In this document: positions 9,539 through 20,127 of the stretch, piece after piece
How positions within the stretch are numbered: position 1 is the stretch's first letter
Layout: each line of letters begins with the position of its first letter
From: a virus
Taxonomy: Duplodnaviria > Caudoviricetes
Length of the DNA stretch: 62,443 nt
IMG/VR virus record: IMGVR_UViG_3300042890_000585
Coordinates: 1 to 62,443 of that record
Direction: 5' to 3' (one strand)
Program-made: the position numbers and the translations under genes
Notes under the pieces: model-generated
What the model saw: the letters and a program-made list of their open reading frames with translations, nothing else
Databases searched by the model: none
What the model was told of the DNA's origin: nothing

Positions 9539-11467
9539 ATGGCACTCACAAAAGCAACAACAAATGTAGTCAACCTCGACAAAGACACAACTATCAACAC
9601 AGTTCGTGTTGGATTGGGTGCTGGAAACATTGGAACAAACACAAGCGTTGGAAGTATTAATATGCTCAACAACACAACTGGAGATTATAATACTTCCGTT
9701 GGTCATGCTTGTTTTGAATTAAACACAACTGGAACTTATAACACTGCCGTTGGTGTAACCGCACTTCGTAATAATACAACTGGACAAACCAATACATCAG
9801 TTGGTGTAAGCGCACTTAGTGAAAACACAACTGGAAGTTCTAATACCGCAATTGGTGTAAACGCACTTAAATCAAACACAACTGGAGGCAACAACACTGC
9901 CGCTGGTGTAAACGCACTTTTTTCAAATACAACTGGAGTTTACAACGTAGCAGTTGGACTTGATTGTTTGCGTTTAAACACAACTGGATATCACAATGTT
10001 GCTGTAGGAAATGGAACGATGTATGAAAATACTACGGGACACGACAACGTTGCAGTTGGAAGATTTGCGCTATCTCAAAATACAACTGGATTCGGCAACT
10101 CTGCTACTGGTGTAAACACGCTTTCTTCCAACACAACTGGAAACAACAACACTGCTTGTGGTAATTCTGCGCTCTACTCCAACACAACTGGAAACGACAA
10201 CACTGCTACTGGATTAGCCGCTCTTCAAGAAAACACAACTGGAAGCGTCAACACAGCCAGTGGTAGATACGCACTCCTATTCAACACAACTGGAAATCAA
10301 AATACAGCAACTGGAGTAGCCGCTCTTCAAGAAAACACAACTGGAGATCAAAATACAGCAACTGGAGTATCCGCACTTCAAAATAACACAACTGGACTTG
10401 GCAACACAGCAAGTGGAATTCAAGCACTTCAAAGTAACACAACTGGAAATTGTAACACTGCCGTTGGTTCAATCGCACTTCAAAGTAACACAACTGGAGA
10501 TTATAATGTAGGAATTGGATACCAAGCATTAAGGAACAACTTAATTGGAGAAGGTAATGTTGCTATTGGTGGTGTAGGCACATTGTTTTTCAATCAAGGA
10601 GATGGAAATACAGCAGTTGGTCGTGATGCTTTACAAAACAGCACAATTGGTTTTCACAATACTGCTGTTGGACTACGTTCGCTACTTGCTAATACAACTG
10701 GAGATCAAAATACAGCAATTGGAGTAGATGCGCTTAATGCTATTTCAACATTTGATAATTCTACTGGACTTGGACATAGTGCTCAAGTAAGTGGATCAAA
10801 CCAAGTTCAACTTGGTAATAGTGTAACTACAACTTACGCTTTTGGAGCAGTTCAAGATCGTTCTGATATCCGTGATAAAGCTGATGTCCGTGACACTGAA
10901 CTTGGTCTTGAGTTTGTTAACGCACTTCGTCCAGTTGATTTCAAGTGGGATATGCGTGAAGACTATCGTCCAGAAGCACCAAAATCTGTTGTTAAACCAA
11001 CAGAACTTATTCAACCAAAAGAACCAGTTGAACCTGTTAAAATTGAAGATGATGCTTCAGATAAAGAAAAAGCTGAATATGAAATTGAATTGCAAAATTA
11101 CAAATCAGATAAAGCTAAATATGAAGCAGACATGGCTAAATATCCTGAAGCTAAAGCAAAATATGATGAAGAACTTGCCGCATACGAAGCATATGTTGTT
11201 ATTAAAGACAAATGGCTTGAAGATGTAAAGCTTGCTAACATCACTCACGATGGTTCCAAGAAACGCAGCCGTTTCCATCATGGCTTGATCGCTCAGGAAG
11301 TGAAAGCAGTTCTCGACGCTAAAGGCATTGATTTTGGTGGTTTCCAAGATCACTCTGTAAAAGGTGGAGATGATGTTCTTTCTATCGGTTACGAAGAACT
11401 TATTGGCCCAATGCTTAAAGCAATCCAAGAACTCTCTGCTGAAGTTGCAGCATTGAAGTCTAAATAA
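9539..11467 (+). CDS. Tail spike/fibre with YadA-like beta-helical 21-aa repeats and C-terminal intramolecular chaperone (peptidase S74-like)
   Basis: NTAxGxxALxxNTTG repeats, an SDIRDK autocleavage motif, LRPVDFKW, HGLIAQEV and a terminal coiled coil. Confidence 0.88.
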   Translation: MALTKATTNVVNLDKDTTINTVRVGLGAGNIGTNTSVGSINMLNNTTGDYNTSVGHACFELNTTGTYNTAVGVTALRNNTTGQTNTSVGVSALSENTTGSSNTAIGVNALKSNTTGGNNTAAGVNALFSNTTGVYNVAVGLDCLRLNTTGYHNVAVGNGTMYENTTGHDNVAVGRFALSQNTTGFGNSATGVNTLSSNTTGNNNTACGNSALYSNTTGNDNTATGLAALQENTTGSVNTASGRYALLFNTTGNQNTATGVAALQENTTGDQNTATGVSALQNNTTGLGNTASGIQALQSNTTGNCNTAVGSIALQSNTTGDYNVGIGYQALRNNLIGEGNVAIGGVGTLFFNQGDGNTAVGRDALQNSTIGFHNTAVGLRSLLANTTGDQNTAIGVDALNAISTFDNSTGLGHSAQVSGSNQVQLGNSVTTTYAFGAVQDRSDIRDKADVRDTELGLEFVNALRPVDFKWDMREDYRPEAPKSVVKPTELIQPKEPVEPVKIEDDASDKEKAEYEIELQNYKSDKAKYEADMAKYPEAKAKYDEELAAYEAYVVIKDKWLEDVKLANITHDGSKKRSRFHHGLIAQEVKAVLDAKGIDFGGFQDHSVKGGDDVLSIGYEELIGPMLKAIQELSAEVAALKSK

Positions 11468-11480
11468 CTTGTAATTAAAT

Positions 11481-11515
11481 TCTTGCTATGCAGAAAGTAA
11501 AACTGCATAGCGAGA
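11481..11515 (+). terminator. Stem-loop after the tail spike gene (possible terminator)
   Basis: tcttgctatgcag / ctgcatagcgaga inverted repeat. Confidence 0.45.
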
Positions 11516-11525
11516 TAATTATTTT

Positions 11526-11960
11526 ATGCCATACACAAAAGAAAAATACGATCTACCTTCTGGATTTACGGATCTGGGTGAGGAAGTTAAGCCAATGTCC
11601 ATGGAGGAAATGGAAAAGCCTAAAAGCGACTACCATTATCCATCACTCTATTTTGAGAATGCAGAAGGGCTTAAAAACCTTCCTAAAGAGGGAACTGCTA
11701 CCATTTACTTCCGAAAGACTATGGAGAAGGATGAGACTACCATGCGTGATGGCAAGACTGAAAAACGTCATTGCGTTGAGTTGTGTATTTGTGGCATTAA
11801 AGCTAAAGGTGCATCTCAAATGATGCCAATGGAAGAAGAGATGGATGACGAGGAAGCTATTGACTCTGGACTAGAAGAGGAAGAAGCTGGAATGGAATCT
11901 GAAAGCAAACCAAAAACCAAAATCGAGATTGAAATCGGTGGAGAAGAAGACGAGGATTAA
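11526..11960 (+). CDS. Acidic hypothetical protein
   Basis: 144-aa ORF with Glu/Met-rich tail, in operon. Confidence 0.7.
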   Translation: MPYTKEKYDLPSGFTDLGEEVKPMSMEEMEKPKSDYHYPSLYFENAEGLKNLPKEGTATIYFRKTMEKDETTMRDGKTEKRHCVELCICGIKAKGASQMMPMEEEMDDEEAIDSGLEEEEAGMESESKPKTKIEIEIGGEEDED

Positions 11961-11965
11961 TTTAT

Positions 11966-12283
11966 ATGGCAAAACCAACAACTGAGGCAGCAATGCCCGA
12001 ACCCGAAATGGGAATGGATCTCCCTGAAGATATGAGCGGAATTCCTTCACCAATGGCAGAAGAAGGGTCAGTTAATATTTCAGTAAGCAAATCAAAGTTT
12101 GATGAGCTTCATAGTATTGCCATGCAACTTGCTGGAGCGATTGATGCTCTTGCCGCTGAAGTTGAAGGTCAAAAAGCCGCAACTGAATCGCTCGATGGTC
12201 AAGTTCCCGCCGCTGAAGGTGCGGCAATGGCAAGTGAAGAAGATTTTCTGAATTCTATTGCATCTGAAGGATCCATGCGCTAA
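11966..12283 (+). CDS. Acidic hypothetical protein
   Basis: 105-aa ORF in operon. Confidence 0.65.
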   Translation: MAKPTTEAAMPEPEMGMDLPEDMSGIPSPMAEEGSVNISVSKSKFDELHSIAMQLAGAIDALAAEVEGQKAATESLDGQVPAAEGAAMASEEDFLNSIASEGSMR

Positions 12284-12292
12284 TTTATCGTC

Positions 12293-15200
12293 ATGTTTGT
12301 CGATCAAATCTTTGAGGAATGTGCGGAGATTTTAGGAACTACTGACGAGAAAAGAGTTTACCGCAAAATCACGCAAGCTGTCCAGACGCTTATGGAGTCT
12401 GGGCATTGGATGCAATCCACTGCGGACGTTGATGTTTGCACTGGTTGGGATGGTTGTACTGTTGCTCTTCCCCGTGGAATAGACGTTCCCCTTGCGGTCA
12501 ATGTAGATGGTTCCCCAGTCTACTTCCGCAATCGTCTATTCCAATACCATGTCAACAAAGGTGGTCAATTCAACACTGTAGATTGGGCATGGGATGATCG
12601 AGGCTATGTAGCGACCCTCATGCAAATTGTCCAGCCTTCGCAATTGGTTGCCATTGCCGAAAGTGAGAATGACGTAGGAAAGATCATTCGCGTTACTGGA
12701 ACGGATTCAAACAACCGAGATCTGCGTAGTCAATTAAAAGACGGAACTGGTGTTGATGGACTGCTAATCCCAATCCATTCGCAATCTGACTTCGCATACG
12801 GAACAATCGCTCCAGACGATGCCACTATCCGCACCCGTGAGGTTGCTATAACCCCGATCAGCAAGTTTACGTCTACAACCCCTCATACGCTCGACTCTGG
12901 TCAGGGAATGGCTATTACTGCGAATCCACTTACTGGAACTATTCCAGTGCCACTTTCAAATGGTCAGGTCTATTACATTGGTGTTCTGGATGCATTGACC
13001 ATTCAAATCTATAACGATTCTCTAAACGCACAGGCTGGAAACTACCCAATCTCCCTCCAAAGTATAGTAGGAGCAGGGCCATTGAACTTCCTAGATTCTA
13101 GGACTTCATTTGTCGTGACTGCTCTTCAATTCGCATCTGCTCCTACTATTGAGGTTACAACGGCAAATCCAATTACATTTCCATCCGCTTTGCTTGTGTC
13201 GATTACTGGGGTTGCATCCACCGATATAATCACTGCTGTTGGCAATGTGTTTCAGAACAACCAAGCTATACGATTTACATTTTTAAATGGAGGTTCTGGT
13301 TTAAATACAACCACACAATATTATGTTATCAATAAATCTGGAGATACATTTCAGGTTAGCACATCTATTGGAGGTTCAGTTGCTGGATTCACAACCGATA
13401 TAACAAGTGGCACAATTTCAGCTACACAAGCATTGCCTATTGGGTTGCGTTCTGGAGTTACATACTTTGGAAATCTTTTAGACTCCACACATCTTCAGGT
13501 TTTTAATTCTATTTCGGACGCGCAAGCAAATGTTAACGAAGTTCACACAACAGGATCAACAAATCCAATCCTCGTCGATATCCGCAAACAAATTGTTCCA
13601 GAGACCAAGTTGACTTTCAGCGTAAATCACTTACTCACTCAAGGTGACCAAGTTCAGGTATTCACATCTGGTGGGACGCTTCCACAACCTTTAATTGCAA
13701 ACCAAAATTATTTTGTGAACATCGTGGATACTAAATCTGTATCTATACATACCACACAGGCTGATGCGCTTTCATCGTCACCAACTAATTTTGTAAATCC
13801 AATCAAGCTCACGACTGCTGGATCAGGCACAGTTTCTCTTGTTAAACTTATTCAGGCAGCATCAAGGACAGGAACAGAAAGTCAGATAACCGCAAGCGGA
13901 CTTGCTTTGTCCGCTCCATCTGGATCTGGAGCGCAATTTCAAGCGATTGTTGTTGGTTCTGTAACTAGCGTTCGTGTAACCGCAACGGGAAGCTATACAG
14001 TTGCTCCAAATGTTATCTTTTCAGATCCACAAGATCCACCTGCTGGAAGCAATATTCAAACCAGAACTGCAACAGGATACGCATTATTGGCAGGAACTGC
14101 TATTACTGCAATTGTTATAACTGATGGTGGATTTGGATACGCAACAGCACCTGCTATTTCATTTGATTCTGGAACAGCAGCAGCAACAGCAACAATTACC
14201 ACATCTTTTGTTTCTGGATTTACCAAGATTTCAGGTGGATTTAACTACCAAGAATCACCACAAATTCAAATTACTGGTGGTGGTGGATCTGGTGCTACGG
14301 CAACAGCAACTGTAAATATTAATAATCTTTCAGTATCTTCAATAACTCGTTCTGGTACTGATGCAACAGTAACAACTACAACAGCACATGGTTTTAGTAC
14401 AAATCAAACTGTTAAAATTTCTGGTGCTTTGCCAATTGGATATAATGGAGATGTACCAGTTACTGTTCCAAGAATAAATAAATCTGTATCTAGCCTTACT
14501 CGCGTTGGTACTATTGCTACAGCAATAACTTCAGCAGTGCATAATTATAATACAGGTGATCTTGTTACTATTTCTGGAGCAACTGGAACATCTGCTGGAT
14601 ATAATGCAAATTACAATGTAATTGTTACTGGGCCTACAACATTTACAATAAATGTTCTATCAACTCTTCCAACCCCTGCCGTTGGAACCATTGTGTCATC
14701 CATTGAGGATAATACAGCAACAACATTTACATATACTGTATCAAATGCATTAACAACACCAGCAACTGGAACTATTACAGCATTTTCTGGAGAAGTTATT
14801 GCAATTAATTTAATAACATCTGGAACTGAATACACGTCCATTCCAAATGTTGTTATTACCCCATCAACTGGTGTGTTTGTGCAGTTTTCTGCGACAGGAA
14901 CACTTCCTTCACCACTTGTATCTGGAACAGCATATCGCGCAGAAACTCCATTGAACGGATCAACTGGAACATTCACAGTTAAAAACTCTGATTTTAGTGA
15001 TGTAAATATTACATCATCAGCAACTGGAACATTCTATGTTGTTTTATCCCGTGCATTTGGCGTTTCATTTACAAATAAATGGCTCGGTGATTTCACAAAC
15101 CTAACCACACCATCTACGATTTATTGGGGTGCTGACTATTTGCTTCCAACAACTAATCCCGCAATTGACAATGGTTCAACACCAGCATATTTGAATGTAT

Positions 15201-16534
15201 TTTCAACATCTGTTGCTACAGCATATACATCAGAAACAGATGCAATGGCTGGATTATCTGGTAATGGAAATACAATATCAATAACTACACTTGTTAATTT
15301 ATTTGATGGCACTGCAAAAGCTACAACTTCAATTAACCATGGTTATGTTTCAGGAAACAAAGTTACAATACGAGGAGCAATTGCAACAATATCTAATCCT
15401 GATCCCGGTGAAGGATATAATATAACTAGCGCAGTAATACTTTCTATTCCTGCACCAAATCAATTTATTTATGCGATAGAAGACGCGCTATCATCACCTG
15501 CAACTGGAACAATTACAGTTTATAAATTATCTGGATTAATTAACGTAGTTTCATTCGGAACTGGTCAAGCGTACTACGCGAAGAGATTCTCTGTCTCTCC
15601 ATTGCCATATAACAACCTTATTCAACCCTCGAATGTGCAGTTTTTGCAGGAAAATGAGACTGTAAAATTTTCTACTAGCGGGGTCTTGCCAGTCCCGCTT
15701 GTTGCTGGAACGGACTATCAAGTAAGGGTGATTGGAGATTCTGTTAATGTGTACTCTGGTGGAGTATTGGTTCCGATCACAACCCCCGGCACAGGTCAAT
15801 TGGCACTAGATATTCAGCGCACTTTAAATGTATCTCCATCCACAAGCATTGTGGCTGATGCTTCGTTATACACAACTGGTCAATCCGTTACTGTGCGAGC
15901 CAATTCTGGTGATGTCCTGCCAGATGGTCTTGTTGCAGGAACGACATATTTCATCCGTCGAGTTGATAACAATGAGTTTGAATTGTATGCCACAAAAGCA
16001 CAATCTCAAAACCTATCTAGCGTTGTTGGAAGAAGAGAGTTTTTAACTAGTGGACTATCCACGGAGAGCAAATTCTTCGTCGATGCCATTGAGGATCCAA
16101 CCCTAGTTAAGAGTGTTGCTAACATTCAAAAACCCCTTACAGACGGCTTTGTGAGTCTTTACGCTATGGATTATGGACGTAGCAATGATTTAACTTTGAT
16201 TGGTCAATACCATCCGCAAGAAGTAAACCCGCAGTATCGCAGGATTCGTATCGGTAAACCATGTGCGTGGGTGAGGATTGCATACCGCATTAAACCTCCA
16301 GTCATCACGTCAAAATACGATTTCATTCCGATTGAGCATACACGCGCAATAATTACTGCTGTCCATGCTTGTGATCTTGAAGATAAGGATTTTGCTGAAC
16401 AGGCACTTCGTTACTGGGGATTTTCGTTAGCATACCTAAAAAATCAGCAGGAACATCAAGATGGTCACGCTTTTGTTCCACCGCAGATCAATAATGAAAC
16501 CTATGGCGATGGTTCTGATGTAGTTATGTTCTAA
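12293..16534 (+). CDS. Putative head-tail adaptor/tail tubular protein with a very large insertion of Thr/Ser-rich beta-repeat domains
   Basis: Adaptor-like N-terminus (CTVALPRGIDVPLAV) and C-terminus (YRRIRIG...DFIPI) flank about 1100 aa of HxxxTG.V.....LP..L..G..YF and HG(F/Y)xxGxxVTIxGA repeats. Lies just before the nozzle gene. Confidence 0.65.
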   Translation: MFVDQIFEECAEILGTTDEKRVYRKITQAVQTLMESGHWMQSTADVDVCTGWDGCTVALPRGIDVPLAVNVDGSPVYFRNRLFQYHVNKGGQFNTVDWAWDDRGYVATLMQIVQPSQLVAIAESENDVGKIIRVTGTDSNNRDLRSQLKDGTGVDGLLIPIHSQSDFAYGTIAPDDATIRTREVAITPISKFTSTTPHTLDSGQGMAITANPLTGTIPVPLSNGQVYYIGVLDALTIQIYNDSLNAQAGNYPISLQSIVGAGPLNFLDSRTSFVVTALQFASAPTIEVTTANPITFPSALLVSITGVASTDIITAVGNVFQNNQAIRFTFLNGGSGLNTTTQYYVINKSGDTFQVSTSIGGSVAGFTTDITSGTISATQALPIGLRSGVTYFGNLLDSTHLQVFNSISDAQANVNEVHTTGSTNPILVDIRKQIVPETKLTFSVNHLLTQGDQVQVFTSGGTLPQPLIANQNYFVNIVDTKSVSIHTTQADALSSSPTNFVNPIKLTTAGSGTVSLVKLIQAASRTGTESQITASGLALSAPSGSGAQFQAIVVGSVTSVRVTATGSYTVAPNVIFSDPQDPPAGSNIQTRTATGYALLAGTAITAIVITDGGFGYATAPAISFDSGTAAATATITTSFVSGFTKISGGFNYQESPQIQITGGGGSGATATATVNINNLSVSSITRSGTDATVTTTTAHGFSTNQTVKISGALPIGYNGDVPVTVPRINKSVSSLTRVGTIATAITSAVHNYNTGDLVTISGATGTSAGYNANYNVIVTGPTTFTINVLSTLPTPAVGTIVSSIEDNTATTFTYTVSNALTTPATGTITAFSGEVIAINLITSGTEYTSIPNVVITPSTGVFVQFSATGTLPSPLVSGTAYRAETPLNGSTGTFTVKNSDFSDVNITSSATGTFYVVLSRAFGVSFTNKWLGDFTNLTTPSTIYWGADYLLPTTNPAIDNGSTPAYLNVFSTSVATAYTSETDAMAGLSGNGNTISITTLVNLFDGTAKATTSINHGYVSGNKVTIRGAIATISNPDPGEGYNITSAVILSIPAPNQFIYAIEDALSSPATGTITVYKLSGLINVVSFGTGQAYYAKRFSVSPLPYNNLIQPSNVQFLQENETVKFSTSGVLPVPLVAGTDYQVRVIGDSVNVYSGGVLVPITTPGTGQLALDIQRTLNVSPSTSIVADASLYTTGQSVTVRANSGDVLPDGLVAGTTYFIRRVDNNEFELYATKAQSQNLSSVVGRREFLTSGLSTESKFFVDAIEDPTLVKSVANIQKPLTDGFVSLYAMDYGRSNDLTLIGQYHPQEVNPQYRRIRIGKPCAWVRIAYRIKPPVITSKYDFIPIEHTRAIITAVHACDLEDKDFAEQALRYWGFSLAYLKNQQEHQDGHAFVPPQINNETYGDGSDVVMF

Positions 16535-18666
16535 TGAAAAGTGAGAACATCACAGCAGGTCGGATGTCAAAGATATCCAGCGGGTGGATTCAGGGTGTCA
16601 ACTCTGTTAGAAATCCGTGGTTGTTGCCAGACAACCAGTTTAAATGGGGTGTTAACGTAACAGTCCGAGGAGGTTTAATTCAAACCAGACCGGGGCATAA
16701 AATGCAGTTGTCTCTCCCGTCTGGAAACTTCCAAGGTGGAATTCTTTTTGCATCAAACAAGCAAAAGGATGCCCCTGTAACGCAGAACATAAATGGGGTG
16801 ATCACACTAACTCCTGCCAAGATCTTTGATGTTAACGGAAACGGAATCGTTGCAGACGAACTAAATTACATGATGTTTGCCGTAAATGGCAATGTCTATT
16901 ACTCACCATTTCCGCTGGTTCAGCCAAGCAATTGGGAAGATTACAGACTAAAAAATATAAAGCTATCAGCGGATGTAGATCAGTTTGTTTTTACACTAGC
17001 AACTAAATCTGCAAATCTGACTACTGGAAGTCAAGAATTTTCAACTCCATCACACAGGCTTGTTATGATCCAAGATGGCATTTCATACCCAGCGTATTGG
17101 GATGGTTCTGATAAAGTTGGCACTCAGACATCAACAATCCCAGTTGGATATTGGATGGCATACTCTGGAAATCGTCTCTGGATTGCCAATAAAAACATCG
17201 TTTTAGCCTCAGATCTAGGTGATCCAACCTCATACCAAGAACGTGCAACTGGAACTTCCCGTGGTGATTTTAGTTTTTCTCGACCAGTAACTGGAATGGT
17301 GTCCTATGTTGGACAGGATACGTCTACGAGACTGATCGTGTTTACTGACAGGTCTACATTTCAACTCAAATCCAATGTCTTCGACAGAACGCTATGGGTT
17401 ACAACTGAAAACTTCCAATCTACACTTTACCCATCCGTTGGATGTATTGCTGGAAAATCAATTGCTTTTCAGGCAGGTCAGATGTGGTGGTATTCGCAAA
17501 ACGGGCTGATAACAACCGATCCTGCTGCTACGGCATACCTATCATCTCAGGTGCTTTGTAAGGACTTAGAAATGGCAAGAACAAAGAGATTAATCACCTC
17601 TGATGCAACTAAAATTTGCGCTATTGGATTTGAGAATTATTTGCTTTATTCCGTGCCTTTCATGCAGACATTGAATTCCGACACAATGGTATTGGATTAT
17701 GCTGCTGCATCTGAATGGGGTGAGAATAGAAATCCAGCTTGGTGCGGAGTGTGGACAGGCACACGTCCTGTTGAATGGACATCTGGAATTATTAATGGGC
17801 AATCTAGGTGTTTTCACTTTTCTGTTGATTACTCAGCTACTAACGATGGCTCATACAATCACCTGTGGGAATCATTCCAGCCAGAAAGGGTTGACTCTTA
17901 CTTGCAAATAAACCCAGATAAGACAACCACAATTCTATACAACCGCATTTACTCACAATTTGAAACACCTCTGTTGGGTGATCAAATGGATTTAAAGCAA
18001 TTTAAATACGCAGAGATAGAATGCACTCAGATTGGAGGCACTGTTGACGTGGAGGTGTCTTACAGAGGCAGCAAAGGCAACTATAACTCTATCCTTAAAA
18101 AGAGATTGTTAGCAGTCACTGATAATTACCAATGGGACAATACTCCCTATGAGAAACAAATCCGAGATCTTGGATTGCTCAATACTCAATATCGAAGGTT
18201 GATCACCGAATCCGCTCAACGCAACTCACTCCTTTCCACTTGCGAGTCTAGATTAACAGATGATGTGGATAAGGCATTTTCATTGCTGATTGAATGGTGC
18301 GGTGAGTTTGGTGTGGAGGTTATCCGTTTGTTCATGGATCCTTGGATGGAAAAATCCACTGGCGCACCTCAAGGTGACGAAACCCAATCGTGCGTTGTTT
18401 CCCAAAATGGTGAATCGTTGACGATAGATTTGCTTCCTAACCCATACGAGCAACAATCTCCTAATGATAAATCGTGGAGTGCCAAGGTGTTCAAAACAGC
18501 AACGCTAAATTGCAACATTAATCCATCTAAATCAATTTCAGCGACTGCATCAGCATCGTTTTTGTCGTATATTTCGTTTGAACACGCTCAAGAAGAGGCA
18601 GGAGTACTTGCTTTACAGGCAGCAACATCTGCTGCACAGCAGTTTAAAGCACAAAATCCTTGTTAA
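16534..18666 (+). CDS. Tail nozzle / DNA stabilisation protein (tail tubular protein B, P22 gp10-like)
   Basis: 710 aa, beta-propeller-like composition, N-terminal GxNSxxxPxxLP...NVTVRGG..TRPG; synteny. Confidence 0.65.
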   Translation: MKSENITAGRMSKISSGWIQGVNSVRNPWLLPDNQFKWGVNVTVRGGLIQTRPGHKMQLSLPSGNFQGGILFASNKQKDAPVTQNINGVITLTPAKIFDVNGNGIVADELNYMMFAVNGNVYYSPFPLVQPSNWEDYRLKNIKLSADVDQFVFTLATKSANLTTGSQEFSTPSHRLVMIQDGISYPAYWDGSDKVGTQTSTIPVGYWMAYSGNRLWIANKNIVLASDLGDPTSYQERATGTSRGDFSFSRPVTGMVSYVGQDTSTRLIVFTDRSTFQLKSNVFDRTLWVTTENFQSTLYPSVGCIAGKSIAFQAGQMWWYSQNGLITTDPAATAYLSSQVLCKDLEMARTKRLITSDATKICAIGFENYLLYSVPFMQTLNSDTMVLDYAAASEWGENRNPAWCGVWTGTRPVEWTSGIINGQSRCFHFSVDYSATNDGSYNHLWESFQPERVDSYLQINPDKTTTILYNRIYSQFETPLLGDQMDLKQFKYAEIECTQIGGTVDVEVSYRGSKGNYNSILKKRLLAVTDNYQWDNTPYEKQIRDLGLLNTQYRRLITESAQRNSLLSTCESRLTDDVDKAFSLLIEWCGEFGVEVIRLFMDPWMEKSTGAPQGDETQSCVVSQNGESLTIDLLPNPYEQQSPNDKSWSAKVFKTATLNCNINPSKSISATASASFLSYISFEHAQEEAGVLALQAATSAAQQFKAQNPC

Positions 18667-18667
18667 T

Positions 18668-18916
18668 ATGCCGTCGATAACATCATCAAAATTAGATGCT
18701 ACTAACTTTCCAAATAAGTTCATATCTCCGTTTGGTGATGACCCTGTTGTACCTATTTACTCTTCAATTCCGTTTAGCACTGGTCAAAATAATTGCTTGC
18801 CATGTGCGATTTGCGGGTCTAATTTTGATCGTCAAATCATACTTAAAGCGGAAGCTGAGAGATTCAATACAATACAAACCTCCAACAAAGAAGATATTTT
18901 AGTTGGATTTAATTAA
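18668..18916 (+). CDS. Small hypothetical virion protein (CxxCxxC motif)
   Basis: ATG at 18668 immediately after the nozzle stop. Confidence 0.55.
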   Translation: MPSITSSKLDATNFPNKFISPFGDDPVVPIYSSIPFSTGQNNCLPCAICGSNFDRQIILKAEAERFNTIQTSNKEDILVGFN

Positions 18917-18923
18917 TATATAT

Positions 18924-19307
18924 ATGAAACCAAAAATGCAATACAAACTCGTTCCCAAAGGCACAAACGAATTCTTAGAATTGGTTGATTTTGCCGAGGA
19001 ATTTGATCATAAAATAATCGAGCATCCTAACATTAATGTTTATGCTCATTATTCTAATGGAAATCTATTTGGATATTCTGACCATGTATATTTGCCAACT
19101 GTTTATCCAGCATTTCACCCAAAGCACACACGTCCACAAGACGTTATTCAGGTAATGAGAGATTGGGTTACATATTGTCAAATTACAAACTCACCTAGTT
19201 ATATTGGTGTCCCTTTAAAGGATGAACGAATTAACTTTACAAACGAAATAATGGAAAAATTAGGGTTGACTCCTACCAAAAGAGAGATTTACTCTATCAC
19301 TACTTAA
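18924..19307 (+). CDS. Hypothetical protein, possibly GNAT-fold (T7 gp13-like position)
   Basis: 127 aa between nozzle and ejection genes; C-terminal IMEKLGLT resembles a GNAT terminal motif. Confidence 0.45.
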   Translation: MKPKMQYKLVPKGTNEFLELVDFAEEFDHKIIEHPNINVYAHYSNGNLFGYSDHVYLPTVYPAFHPKHTRPQDVIQVMRDWVTYCQITNSPSYIGVPLKDERINFTNEIMEKLGLTPTKREIYSITT

Positions 19308-19311
19308 TAAT

Positions 19312-20127
19312 ATGGGCGGATCTACATACACACCAGACATCCAGAAACCTACACCTGAAGCTAATATGCTCTTAGCTTCTGAAGCAAATGCAGGAATGTA
19401 TGGTGGATTAAAGTCACAAGCTAAATTCTTGGAAATGGCTACGCAAGTTAAGCCAATGGAACAAACTTTTGATGGATCTCAGCTTTCTAAACAAGCATTT
19501 GAAATGGGTATTGAAAATGCTAATAGAGCAAGGAAGTTTGAAGAATCTGTTGATCCTGCAAGCGCAAGGATGAGATCTAGTGCTGGTGAGACAATTGAAA
19601 AACTCACATCTCCAGAAAGCTGGCAACAAAAAATGACCGATTGGGCTAAAACTAAAGGTTTGGCTCAAATGATGCAGTCTGGAATCGATCCATCTTCTAG
19701 CATGGGTCGAGCAGCAATGTACGATCAATCAACTGAAAAAGGGAGACAGATTGCGCTTGAGGATTTTGCGTTGAGACAAAAATATCTTGATGCTAATCAA
19801 ATGCAGGGTGGAATTGACCCATCTGCACTGATTTCGGGTCAAGAAGCAGCAAAGGCACAAAATCGACAAGGACTTCAAGACTGGCAACGTGGCGTGCTAT
19901 CTGGCGCGCAGGGTCTAGGTCAGACTGCACAGGATGCAATTAATCGTTCTATTGGTAACATTCAAAATGCACATACAGCAAATATCGCTGACACGCAGAA
20001 TTACAATAACATGATTAACCAAGCTAGAGCGCAAAACGCTCAAAGTAAAAACGAAATGACAAAAGCATGGATTGGAGCAGGAGCGCAACTTGGCGGTGCT
20101 GCTCTTGGAGCAGGAGTTATGGTTTAA
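19312..20127 (+). CDS. Internal virion (ejection) protein, MGG start
   Basis: Helical and Gln/Ala-rich, with a Gly-rich hydrophobic C-terminus (WIGAGAQLGGAALGAG). Confidence 0.65.
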   Translation: MGGSTYTPDIQKPTPEANMLLASEANAGMYGGLKSQAKFLEMATQVKPMEQTFDGSQLSKQAFEMGIENANRARKFEESVDPASARMRSSAGETIEKLTSPESWQQKMTDWAKTKGLAQMMQSGIDPSSSMGRAAMYDQSTEKGRQIALEDFALRQKYLDANQMQGGIDPSALISGQEAAKAQNRQGLQDWQRGVLSGAQGLGQTAQDAINRSIGNIQNAHTANIADTQNYNNMINQARAQNAQSKNEMTKAWIGAGAQLGGAALGAGVMV

